A DNA stretch of 64,000 bases from Dictyostelium discoideum (lineage: Eukaryota): the NCBI GenBank assembly GCA_000004695.1, contig CM000155.2:1440001-1504000 (forward strand). The letters are read 5' to 3'. Position 1 is the first letter of the stretch; each line of letters begins with the position of its first letter. Positions 14,104-29,554 of the stretch are shown here, piece after piece. The notes under the pieces were generated by a model that was not told where the DNA came from, made no database searches, and was given only the letters and a program-made list of their open reading frames with translations. The position numbers were made by a program, and so were the translations under genes.

Positions 14104-15853
14104 TTAATCTAAATTAAAATTATATAATCTAACTAAATTATTGAAAACACCAATAATACGAGATCTATCATAATTTACTAAACTACAGCCAGGAGTTAAT
14201 GGAATTGGATCGGATGGATTAACGATATTTGAACCACCAAGTAATGAATATAAACGATTTCCAGATTGTTTATCCCATACTTTGATAGTATTATCTTTTG
14301 AACCTGTTAAAATCTTTTTATTATCAATTGTGATACTATTAATTTGATTTGTATGATTTGAGAGTACAAGAAGTGGATTTAAATTTGAATCTAAAAGATG
14401 GACATTAAAATCACCAATATTGTAAGCTACGTTATCGTTGGTGGCCGAGAATAATTGGTGGCCGCCAGCAATTGAGAAATGATTTGATAATGATTTTGAT
14501 CCCATTAACTTTCCATTTAAAATATTATATTTTAAAATACTACGATTATTTGAGAAAACGTAAACGAAATCTTTAGTTGGTTGATACCATTGTGGGCTTG
14601 GTAATCTGAGTATTGGTCTATCGAATCTTCTTAAATCCCATGAATCTAAATAATCACTAGTGTGGACGAATAGGTGACCGTTTGAGTGAAACTTTGAGGA
14701 AAACACCTCACCACTAATCCCAACCATACCATCACCACTTTGTTTATCCCTATGATCCCAAATTTGGATTGTGTCTTTATTAGTTGCAATTATTTGACCG
14801 TCACCCCCGATATTCACATTATAATCAATTGATAGAATTGGTGATTCAGTTTTCAAACAATTTGATTCCACACCTTTCTCAAAATCCCAAACTCTAACTG
14901 AACAATCATCACTACCTGATATAACTGAATATTGACGTTGTTTAATACATGTAACACTTCCACTATGTCCTGTAAATGTTTGAGTGTTTGTACCTTTTTT
15001 CGATGACAAATCCCATACCTTTACCGTTGAATCAACACTACCAGTACACATTACATTACCAATATGCTGAATGGATGTAATAGGTTGTGAATGTCCTCTA
15101 AATGGTACCATCTTAAATGTACCTGCTGCTCCTTTATTCTCATTCTTTTCATTTTGATAACAAATTTTAAAACATTTTTTATAATCATATTCATATTTTT
15201 CTGTATTAAAAAATTCAATACTATTAAAAATAAATAGAATAAAATAAATAAAATTTATTAATAAATTATTATTATTATTTTTAATTTTTTTTTTTTTTTT
15301 TTTACATACAATTGGAATAATTTAATCTTCCATAAGAATTTATGATTAATTGCTTTATTAAATTCTTTACAAACTAATGAGAATTTTAATATCTCTTTAA
15401 CTGGAAATTCTGAAAAAATTTGTGCATAAATTGTACTTGGTAAATTTAAAATCTGGAATTTTTTTTTTTTAGTATCATAATAATTAAAAATTATAATTAA
15501 TTTTATTTATTTTTACTTACACCATATGTAATTTTTTTAATTGGTTGAGATTCTTCCATAACTACATCTCTATTATTATTATTATTACTTGTGTTGTTGT
15601 TGTTGTTATTATTGTTATTTGTGTTATTATTATTTTCATCAACATCAAAACCTTTAAGTTTTAAAATTTTTTTATTCAATTCTTTATCAATTGGTGGTAG
15701 TGGCATTTGAATTTCTTTTCTGCAAAATGGACATAATTGTTCGATATGATATGATTTCTCTATACATTCTTTACAAAATGAATGTGAACAATATAATGTC
15801 ACTGGTTCAGTGAACAATTCAAAGCAAACCCAACAGTTATAGTCATATGACAT
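14104..15853 (-). CDS. RING finger + F-box + WD40-repeat protein of ~530 aa, 3 exons. On the minus strand they are 15521..15853, 15310..15452 and 14104..15220.
   Basis: Exon 1 starts 'MSYDYNCWVCFELFTEPVTLYCSHSFCKECIEKSYHIEQLCPFCRKEI', a C3HC4 RING. It is followed by an N-rich linker and ends at donor ITYG|GTAAGT.

Intron 1 has acceptor ...aattccag|. Exon 2 reads 'ILNLPSTIYAQIFSEFPVKEILKFSLVCKEFNKAINHKFLWKIKLFQ', an F-box. It ends CAA TT|GTATGT (phase 2).

The exon 3 acceptor is ttttaatag|T. Exon 3 reads '...IEFFNTEKYEYDYKKCFKICYQNEKNENKGAAGTFKMVPFRGHSQPITSIQHIGNVMCTGSVDSTVKVWDL...'. It contains about 7 WD40 repeats (several VWD/IWD/SWD dipeptides) and ends at the stop at 14104.

All splice phases are consistent. 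Confidence 0.7.
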
Positions 15854-16859
15854 TTTATAATTCTTTATATTAACCTAAAAATAAAAAAAACATTAAAAAA
15901 AAAAAAAAAAAAAAAGTTTTATTGATTAAAAATTAAAAAAATATTTAAAAAAAAAAAAAAAAAAATCTTTGATCAAAAAAATTTTCAAAAAAAAAAAAAA
16001 ACACCAATTCTTTGAAAATTTTTAAAAAAAGATATTTTGAGAAAAAAAAAAAGTTGGTTGTTATGAAATTTTTGCAGTTATATGTTTTATACCTATTTAA
16101 TATTAACGAAGGTATTTTAGTGGGTAATTTTATATTTCTTTTTTTCTTTTCTTCATTTTTTTTTTTATTTTTTTTAATTTTATCAAAAATAGTCAGTTAC
16201 CAAAAATCGATATTATTTAAATAATTTTTCTGTTTTTTAAAACTTTCACTTTTTTTTTTTTTTATAAATATTTTGTGTCTTTTATTTTGTCTACTGAAAT
16301 TAGCGTTTGAAATTATCTGTATCGTTCATAAAAAAAAAAAAAAGAAAAAGTTCGAAGTCAACAATTAAATAAATAGATTTATAAATATTAAATAAACAAT
16401 ATAAAAAAACAAAAATTAAAAAATAACTTCAATGAATATAGATTATTTTGAAATAAAAAAACTGATTTTGATAACAAATAGTAAAAACCATAATAAAAAT
16501 AAAAACTTAAAGGTGAAAAAAAAAAAAAAGAAAAAAGAATTAAACCTGTGGGATATAAAAAAAAAAAGAAAAAAAAAGAAAAAGAAAAAGAGTAAATTAA
16601 TAATTCATAAATAAAAAAATAAATATCTTAGAATTTTATTTTTTTTTATTTTTTTTTTTTTTTAATTGTTGAAAATTTTTACTTTTTATATTTGAGATTT
16701 AAAATTATGTTTATGAGTTTTTCAATCGACATTAAAAACTCACCACGTGGCTTTTTCCCACCAAGGTGAGAAAAGTTTAATTATATAAACATAAATTATT
16801 TTAGTTTGTGAGCGAGATTGTATCTAATTTAATATCTTGATAAAACATAATTTTATTGT

Positions 16860-17330
16860 AACAATTTAATTATTACATAATTATATTACAACAGCAGGAG
16901 TGGGGAAATATTTTAATTTATCGCTATTTTTTTTTTTATTTAAAATTGATTGGTGCTACATTGACAGGATTTTACCCCCTTAGGGAAATTCAAAAAAAAA
17001 AATTTGTATGGGGAAACTACCCCTTCCCCCTTTTTTTTTTATACAAAATTGGTTGTGTTACATTCGCAGGTTTCAATATAAGACCCCCTTAGGAAATGCC
17101 TCCCTCCTGTTTTTAAAATTTTTTTGGTTGCGAAATTTTTTATTTTTTTTTTTTTATTTTTTTATTTTTTATTTTTTTTTTTTTTTTTTTTTCAAGACTA
17201 CCATTTGTGGTGTTTGGGTGTAAAAATTTCAGTATAAAAGTGTTAAAAAGAAATTTATGCGGCGCTGGCCAATCAGCCAAAAATTTTTTTTTTTTTTTAT
17301 TTTCCACCCCCTTAGGATTAAATCACCATT
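16860..17330. repeat. Intergenic complex repeat with three diverged copies of a ~100-nt unit sharing a G/C-containing core 'CCCCCTTAGG(G/A)AA'.
   Basis: The three copies read 'tgctacattgacaggattttaCCCCCTTAGGGAAAttc' (~16950-16995), 'tgttacattcgcaggtttcaatataagaCCCCCTTAGGAAAtgcc' (~17055-17100) and 'ggccaatcagccaaaaa...ttccaCCCCCTTAGGAttaaatc' (~17265-17325). The upstream arms of copies 1 and 2 are also similar (attggtgctacattgacagg vs attggttgtgttacattcgcagg). They are embedded in poly-T/poly-A. Confidence 0.5.
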
Positions 17331-17513
17331 TTTGATTTTTTTTTTTTTATTTTTTTCCAATTTTTTTTACACAATTTTTTTTACAATTTTTTTTTTCCAG
17401 TTTATATTTTTTTCTATAAATTTTTTTTTTTTTCCCAATTTATTTTTTTTTCCATCAAATCAAACAAACCCTTTTGGATAATAATAAAAACATTATACCA
17501 AATTTTAAATAAT

Positions 17514-20233
<2,720 letters not shown>

Positions 20234-20289
20234 ATATTGCGTTCACAACAAGAGGCGATATTTATTTAACATCAATGGCAACTTATTCA

Positions 20290-20510
20290 TCCATTGAAGT
20301 TGAACCACCAATTGAAACTCCAACTCTATCACCAACTAAAACTCCAACTGAAACTCCAACACAATCACCAACTGAATCACCAACTCTATCACCTACTGGA
20401 TCACCAACTGAATCACCAACACTATCACCAACTCTATCACCAACCGAAACACCAACTCAAACACCATCTGAAACACCAACTCAAACACCAACTCTATCAC
20501 CAATTTAAAC
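20290..20510 (+). repeat. Coding tandem repeat (12/24-nt units, ACTCCAAC[TA]...) encoding (S/T)PT-rich linker repeats.
   Basis: 'ACTCCAACTCTATCACCAACTAAAACTCCAACTGAAACTCCAACACAATCACCAACTGAATCACCAACT...' is repeated about 9 times. Confidence 0.8.
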
Positions 20511-21421
20511 ACCAACTGAAACAGATTCAACTCCCATTTCTTTCCGAGAAATTAAAATAAAAAATAAATAAATAAAAAGAACCTTTTTATTCAATACAAG
20601 CATTAATCAATATAATTGTAATTTGAAATATTATTTTATATTAAATTAAATATGAATTTTAATTCAATTGGAGAATCTCTTGAATTAATTGATGTTATTT
20701 TAAAATTCTTTAAAGATTTACTTGTAACTAATTATTGAATTTATCATTTGATTTAATTCTGATTTGATGTTATCTGTATTACCAAAATCTGATTTAATAC
20801 ATTGGAAACTGAAAAATCCCATTCGATAAGTTTGATAATATTTGAAATGAATTAATTGGTATTGTAATTGAATGTAAATTTTCAAATTGATTAACTGTGA
20901 TTAAATGGAGTGGTTCAACGAAACCCTCATCTTCAAGTTCATTTTCTACTTTAATTGATTCAACTTGTTGACCTGAATTATCCGGATCGAATAATGTTGA
21001 ATAATTGAAATGTTTTGAAAATCACAAACAACATCAGACCCATCATAAATTATATTTTTAGTTTTGAATATCTTTAATGATTCTTTATCTTCATCAATAT
21101 GATCATCATCCTCCCCTTTTCTTAATTTTTTTTTTTTTTTATATAATTAAATTAAATATAAATAAATAAAAATTAATAAATAAAAAAAAAAATTATATAA
21201 CACCGCACAAAAAAAAATACATATTAATTTTAGAAAAAAAAAAAAAAAAAATAGGAAAGATTTTTTTCGAATTGTTGTGAATTGTAATGAATTGTAACGA
21301 ATTGAATTGAATTTTGGATGGTAAATCAATGTTGGGGGATATGTTGCGTATTTTTTTATTTTTTTATTTTTTTATTTTTTATATATAAAATTTATTTTGT
21401 GGTTTTCTACTATTTATTTTA

Positions 21422-21452
<31 letters not shown>

Positions 21453-21819
21453 GTCCATATTTCATCCAAAAAAAGAAAATAATAAAGAGGGCCACAGCCG
21501 ATTAAATTAATTATTTGAAAGTTGCCGTACCGTTATGATTTTTTTTTTTTTTTTTAAAATTTTATTTTTTTTTAAATTTTATTTTTTTTAAATTTAATTT
21601 TTTTTCCTTTTTTTTTTTTTCCTTTTTTTTTTAACTTCCGGAAAAAATTTGCCTTTGCCTTTCAACCCAAAAAAAAAAAAAAAAAAAAAAAAAAATTAAA
21701 GGGTTTTTTTTATAAAGTTATTATAAAATTAAAAATTTTATTTTTTAAAATTTTTTTTAAAAATTTTTATTTAAAAAATTAAAATACTTATTTTTAAACC
21801 AAAAAAAAAAAACTTTTGG

Positions 21820-21852
<33 letters not shown>

Positions 21853-23157
21853 AAACCAAAAAAAAAAAAAGCAAAAATTGGACACAATCAAAAACTCAAA
21901 AAAAAAAAAAAAGGATGATTAGAAATTGAAAAAACTATATGTCATTGAAAAGAGAAAATAGAATTATAATTAATAACAATAATAAATAATAAATAATAAT
22001 AATAGTAATAATAATAATAATAATAATAATAGCAATAATAAATAATAAATAATAATAAATAATAAGTATGTGATTAGAAAAAAAAAAAAGCCATTGGCCT
22101 TTTATCATTTTTTTTTTTGTATATTTATTTGTTTATTTATAATTTTTTTTTTTTTTTCATTCTTTGTTTTTGTTAAAAATCTCACCACATTGTTACAATA
22201 ATCAACAATTGGATTAATCAATTTTTGATGATAATGGAAAGAATTGGATTTTAATTTTAAATTTACTTTAAAATTATTGAAATATACTCGAAATAACTCA
22301 ATCACTTTACATGGGAAGGATTCTGTGTTGGTTAATTTTTAAAAAAAAGAAAAAAAAAGAAAAGAAAAAAAAAAAGAAAAAAAAAAAAAAAAAAACTGCT
22401 TTGTGGTGGTAGTGGTATCACAACAAAATGATGATCGATGTGTGGTCTTTCATTTGCATTTTTTTTTTTTTTATTCATTTTTTTTTTTTTTATGAAAATT
22501 TAAATGTGCTTCTATTTCAAAATACAAACCCTTTTTTTAGGGTTAGGTTATCATATTAATTTACAATAATAACTCATTTATGGTAAAGCTCATCATTAAT
22601 AAAAATAATAATGATAATAATAATTAATATTAATCGAAACATAGAACAAACCCACACAATTTCACAACACAACAACAAATTAAAAAATTATTAAAAGTAA
22701 ATTAAAATATAAATAAAAAAAATAAAACAAAATAAAAAAAAAATAAAAATAAAAAAACAAAAACAAAAATAATAACAACAACAACAATAACAACACAACA
22801 AACACAAAACTCTTTGATTGTATTTTTTTTTTTTTTTAAATTTTTATTTTTTTAATTTTATTATTTTCCACACCTCTCTTTATTTATACATTTTCAATTA
22901 ACTAAAAGATAAAATAAATTATAATAAAAAAAAGTGAATTTAATTTATTTTTAATTTATTTTTATTTTTTTATTTTTTATTTTTATATACAAAGAACCTT
23001 TAACTAAATAAAGGGTATATTTGCTGTTTTTTTATTTTTATTTTTATTTTTATTTTTATTTTTTTTTTTTTTTTAAACATTTTTTTTTTTTTTTAATTTA
23101 TTTATTGATAATCACTTACTTAAATCAACATAATATTATTTATTTATTTATTTATTT

Positions 23158-23197
<40 letters not shown>

Positions 23198-23416
23198 TAT
23201 CTATATCTAATTAATGCAATATAATTAATATATTTTTATTAATAATATTTTTTATATTTATTTTGTAAAACAGAACGATTTAATAAAAGATTTAAAAAAA
23301 AAGTAAAAAAACATAAATAACAACAAAATAAAATAAAAAGAAAGCAAAAAAAAAAAAAAAAAAAATTAGTAAAATCAAAAAAGAGATAACAAAAGAAATT
23401 ACAAAATATTAAGTAT

Positions 23417-23459
<43 letters not shown>

Positions 23460-23618
23460 CAATCTCGAGATCATTAAAATTAAAACAGTTGTGGTAGAAG
23501 TATTGATATTAATAATAATTTTAATTTTTTAAGTAGAGGTGTGTGTGCGTACTAAAATAGTACTAGTGGTGGTAGTAGTAGTAGTAGCAGCAGTAATAAA
23601 TAAATTAAAAATAGTAAA

Positions 23619-24097
23619 ATGAAACATTTAGAAGGAGATATAGTTTGGGTACCTCATACTGTAAACGGTTATTGTAGGGGTAAAATTATAGGGTATAATG
23701 AAAAGAATCAAGTTACTGTAAGATTATTAGAGTTAAATGAAGAAATTAAAATCAATGAACAATTAATACAGAATTATAATCAATCAGATGATAAAGATTT
23801 CAGTGATATGGTTGAGATTCAAGATTTATCTGAAGCTATCATTTTAAATAATTTAGGATTAAGATATAAATCTGACCAAATTTATGTATGTGTGTCTTAA
23901 ATCTTTCGACAACAACAATATAAATTATTTATGTTTTTATAAAATTTATTTTTTATTTTATTTTATTTTATATTTTTCAATTTTAAAATCATTATTATTT
24001 TTATTTTATAAAATCTTAATAATGTCAAAAAATAAAATAAAATAAAATAAATTTATATACATCATTAAAAATATTATCTCATGACCACTACCCCCCC

Positions 24098-24138
<41 letters not shown>

Positions 24139-27100
24139 TAGAATCCACACATACATACATACACACACACATAAGAAATCAAAAAATCAAACTAACTAAC
24201 CTACTTTTTTTTTTTTTATGATATAATATCTAACACACACCACACAAAAAAAAAAAAAAAAAAAACCCCAATACCAATTAATTTTATCATTATTAATCAT
24301 ATTTTATTTTACTAAAAAAAACAAAACAATTTTTTTTTTTTTTTTTTTTTAAAACATAATTTTAATAATATTATTTGTATTGTTATTTACCTTTTGTTTT
24401 GTTTTGTTGTTTTGTTTTGTTTGTTTTGTTTTGTTTTTTTTTTTTTTTTTTTAAAAAAAAAAACTTTTTATTTTTTATTTTTTATTTTTTTGTAATTACA
24501 TTATTATTTTAGACATATATTGGGAATGTTTTAATTTCAATTAATCCATATAAAGAGATTAAAGATATATATAGTTTAAATATATTGAATAAATATAAGG
24601 ATATAAATACAATTAAATCAAATCCGCCACACATATATGCAGTGGCACTAAGAGCTTATCAATCAATGGTATCAGAGAAAAAGAATCAATCAATTATAAT
24701 TAGTGGTGAATCTGGTTCAGGTAAAACTGAAGCTTCAAAAACAATTTTACAATATTTAATTAATACAAGTAATAGTAATAGTAATAATAATACAAATATA
24801 AATAATAATAATAATTCAATTGAAAAAGATATTTTAAATTCAAATCCAATTTTAGAAGCATTTGGTAATTCTAGGACAACAAAGAATCATAATTCAAGTA
24901 GATTTGGTAAATTTTTAAAGATTGAATTTAGATCAAGTGATATGAAAATTGATGGAGCCTCTATTGAAACCTATCTATTGGAGAAATCAAGAATATCACA
25001 TAGACCCGATGTAAATAATTTAAGTTATCATATATTCTATTATTTGGTAATGGGAGCAAGTAAAGAAGAGAGAGAAAGATTAGGACTTGATAATGATCCA
25101 TCGAAATATCGATATTTAGATGCATCCACTTCTGTAATTGAATCATTTAAAAAGCAATCCAATGGTGGTAGTGGTGGTGGCAGTGGCAATAATGATCTAT
25201 CAGAATCATTACAATTAGTTAAACAATCATTAGAATCAATGTCAATTGCAAAGGAACAATGTGATGATATCTTTTTAACATTGGCAGCAATTCTTCATTT
25301 AGGTAATATTGAATTTGAAGTCGATCAAACAGAGAACGAACAAACTAGTGGATTTTCAAAGATATCGGAACAGAAAGCATCCGTAAAGAAATCATTATCA
25401 ATGGTATCAAAGTTATTGGGTTATCCTGAACAAGTTTTTAAACAAACTCTATTGAATAGAAATCTGAAAGGTGGTGGTAGAGGATCAGTCTATTGTAGAC
25501 CGATGGAAGTTTATCAATCTGAACAAACTAGAGATGCTCTATCGAAAGCATTATACGTTAGATTATTCGCATCCATAGTTGAAAAGATTAATGTTAAATT
25601 CATACAAAATACAGGTTCAAAAGATTTACAAGGTGGTTACTCATCGAAAAGGAATAATCTATTCATTGGTGTATTGGATATCTTTGGTTTCGAGAATTTA
25701 TCAAGCAATTCATTGGATCAATTATTAATCAATTTCACCAATGAGAAATTACAACAACAATTCAATTTAAATGTTTTTGAGAATGAACAAAAAGATTACC
25801 TACAAGAGGGTATACCTTGGAGTACTTCAAATTTCATTGATAACAAAGAGTGCATTGAATTGTTCGAAAAGAAATCCTATGGTCTTCTATCATTATTGGA
25901 TGATGAATGTATGATGCCAAAAGGTTCAGAAGTAACTCTATTGGAGAAATATAATAAACAATATCACAATACCAATCAATACTATCAAAGAACCCTTGCA
26001 AAAGGTACACTTGGTATTAAACATTTCGCTGGTGATGTAACTTATCAAACTGATGGTTGGTTAGAAAAGAATAGAGATTCAATACCAACTGAAGTTGAAC
26101 AATTATTATCAGCTTCTTCAAATAATTTAATAAAATCTTTATTTAATTTAAAAGAATTAAATAAATCAAATGATAATAATTCAAATAATAATAATTCAAA
26201 TAATAATTCATCATCATCATCATCATCACAATCAACTGCATCGATAACAGCAAAAGCATCACCACCAAGAGAAAGATTTAATAGTGGTAGTGGTAGTGGT
26301 ACAACAAGCCCATTAAATTTAAGTGGTAGTAGTAGTCCATTAAGTGGTAGTGGTAGTTATTCAATAATAGGTGGTAATAGTAATAGTAATAGTAATAATA
26401 ATAATTCAAGTAATAATAAAAAATCTCAAAGTGTATCAGTAGCAGGTCAATTTATAGAACAATTAAATAAATTAATTTCAACAATAAATTCAACATCGGT
26501 TCATTATATAAGATGTATTAAACCAAATGTAACAATGGATTGTAATAATTTTAATAATTCTCATGTATTATCACAACTAAGAAATGTTGGTGTACTTAAT
26601 ACTGTTAAAGTTAGAAAAATGGGTTATTCTTATAGAAGAGATTTCATTCAATTTTATTCAAGATATAATTGTATTTTAAATTCATTAAATATTAAAATTA
26701 ATTTAACAAATATTAATCATTCAAATTTATGTAAAGAAATTTTAGAAAATGTAAATAGTCAATATAAAAATAATAATAATAATAAAAATAATAATAATCA
26801 AATTGTAAAAATAACAACAAATTCAAAACCAACATTTCAAATTGGTAAAACTAAAATATTTATATCTGATGAATTATATATTTATTTGGAGAAAAAAAGA
26901 TATGATAGTTTGGTTGATTCAGTTTTAAAGATTCAAGCATTCTTTAAAATGATTAAAATTAGAAATCAATATAAAAGAAATAAAGAATCTTCACTTTTCT
27001 TACAAACTCTAATAAGAGCTCAAAGAGCTAAAAAAGATTTTGAACAATTGGTAATACTTGAAAATAAAAGAAAAGAAGAAGAACGTAAAAAAGAATTGGA

Positions 27101-29554
27101 AAGACAAAGAAAGGAGGAAGAAGAACGTCAAAAGGAATTGGAAAGACAAAGAAGAGAAGAAGAGAAAGAATTGGAAAGAAAAAGAAAAGAGGAAGAAAGA
27201 GAATTAGAAAGACAAAGAAAAGAAGAAGAGAAAGAACAAGAAAGAAAAAGAAAAGAGGAAGAAAAAGAACAAGAAAGAAAGAAAAAAGAAGAAAAAGAAA
27301 TTGAAAAGAAAAGAAAAGAAGAAGAAAAAAAGAAAAAGAAAAACGAGCAAAATCTATCTCTTCCTTCACTCGATATAACAAATTCACCATCTTTAATAAA
27401 TACCACTACAACTACGACAACAACAACAACAACAACAACAAATACTTCATCACCTCCATTATCGCCACCAATTTCACCAAGACCATCAACACCATCATCA
27501 ACCTCATCATCATCATCAACAACATCATCACCATCAACTAAAAAACAACTTTTATTCAAATTTAATAGTATTTCAAATTTACTTTCAAAATCACTTCATG
27601 GTAGTAGTCATAGTGATAAAAATTCAAAAGAAGATAATAATAGTAATAATAATAATAATGGTGATTCAACAATAATTTTATCATCAGATTCAAGTTTTGG
27701 ACAACCAACACCAAAAGCAACTTCAACACCAACTCCACCACCTCCACCACCATTAAAAACTCAACCAGTACCAATTTCATCAGGTGTTGAAAATAATTCA
27801 TCACCAAATTTATGGAGTCATAGAAATTCACCAAATTTCAATGGATTGGTAAGAGAGAAATCAAGAGCTAGAATTGGCAGATTAACTATTAGATCCGCTT
27901 CACCATTGGATTTAACTTATTTACCTGATCCATCAAAAAATGAAGGTTCACCTCAATTCACATCACAATCATTGGATTTTACACCAAATATACCACCAAT
28001 TATTACAAATAGCATCGTTGAGCAACAATCATCACTTAGTGGAATAAATAAACCAATTCCACAAAGAACTATATCATCAAGTGAAAATTCACCATTATCA
28101 AGAGCCAATTCTTCAATATCATCCTCATTATTAATATTAACACCAACATTAACATCATTATCAACATCAACTACACCATCAACACCAACAACACCAAAAA
28201 CACCAACAACTCTATCATCATCATCAGTATCAACATCAACTTCATTATCATCAGTATCATCATCAGTATCATCATCATCATCATCATCAATTCCAACACC
28301 AATTATTGAAAGTACACCATCAAATTCTAATGAAGATTTAATTACAACATTATCATCACCAATATCAACTGGTCATACTGGAGAAAGTATTGAAGAAAAG
28401 AATAAAAGATTTAGAATTAAAATTATAAATGAATTAATTGAAACTGAGAGAGATTACGTTCGTGATTTAAATATTGTTGTTGAAGTTTTCCTTAACCCAA
28501 TTAGAGAGAAACAATTATTATCAGCTAAAGATATCAATTCATTATTTTCAAATATTGAAATTTTATTCTCAATCAATATGAATGTTTTGAAAGCATTGGA
28601 AAAGGATAAGGATCCATTATGTGAAAATATTAGTGTTGGTCAAACCTTTTTAGATATGTCACATTATTTGAAAATGTATACCACCTATTGTTCCAATCAA
28701 CAAAATGCTCTAAAGATCTTGGAAGAGGAGAAAATAAAGAATCAACCATTCAGAGAGTATTTGGAATTCTGTATGAATGATTCAGTTTGTAGAGGCTTAC
28801 CATTGAATAGTTTCATCATTAAACCAGTTCAAAGAATTTGTAAATATCCATTACTCATAAAGGAAACCATTAAATTCACACCAAATGATCATCCTGATAA
28901 ACCTGCCCTCGAAGAGGTTGATAAGAAAATCTCTGATATCGTTCAATCTATCAATGAGGCAAAAAGAACTTTGGAATTGTTTCAAAAGATTGTTGACCTT
29001 CAAAATTCAATCGATGGTCTTGAAGATACAAATCTCATGGAACAAGGTAGAACTTTATTGATGGAAGGTACTGTTTCAGCTGTTAAAGAATTAAATTCTG
29101 AAGATTCCCTATCTAGAACCTTATTTTTATTCAATAATTTAATTTTAATTTGTTCTTTTGGTACAAATGTTTTATCAACTGCAATTAATCAATTTAAAAC
29201 TAAAAAATTAAAATTAAAAGCTAAAATTCCAATTTCAGATTCAAGATTAATTTTCGTTTCTGATACTGATTGTAAGTTTTTATTTTTTTTAATTATTTTT
29301 TTTATTAAAAATAGAAAACATGGTTTTCAAAATATTAATTATTATTTTTTATTATTAATTTTATAGCTGTAAAATATGCATTAGAAATTGTAAATATTAA
29401 AGAAGATTCAAATTATATTTTATGTTTTAATAATGATCAAGATCGTAGTAAATGGTTTAAACAAATTAAAGCATTGATTCAAGAACAAAAATTGTCAAAT
29501 GCAAAGAAAGCTGCAACAATTGGTAATTCAAGATTGATTCAAACAACCTCATAA
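23619..29554 (+). CDS. myoM: Myosin M, an unconventional myosin heavy chain with a C-terminal RhoGEF DH-PH module, ~1738 aa, 3 exons (23619..23885, 24513..29271, 29367..29554).
   Basis: Exon 1 is the myosin N-terminal SH3-like segment, 'DIVWVPHTVNGYCRGKIIGYNEKNQVTVRLLELNEEIKINEQLIQNYNQSDDKDFSDMVEIQDLSEAIILNNLGLRYKSDQIY'. Its donor is TAT|GTATGT, and intron 1 is 627 nt.

The exon 2 acceptor is ttattttag|ACA. It reads 'TYIGNVLISINPYKEIKDIY...' and then the P-loop 'IIISGESGSGKTEASK', switch regions, the coiled-coil 'KELERQRKEEEERQKELERQRREEE...', an S/T/P-rich region and a DH domain ('NELIETERDYVRDLNIVVEVF...LPLNSFIIKPVQRICKYPLLIKE'). It ends GAT T|GTAAGT.

Exon 3 is the PH-domain end, '...KWFKQIKALIQEQKL...TTS*'. 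The myosin+DH/PH architecture and the ~1738-aa length fit Dictyostelium MyoM (known protein length is recalled, not checked). Confidence 0.9.

Noticed and set aside
27028-27559. Two minus-strand ORFs of 120-143 aa inside myoM.
   Set aside because: They are antisense to the GAA/AAG-rich coiled-coil and ACA/ACT-rich segments of myoM exon 2. They are Phe/Leu/Ser/Val homopolymer translations.
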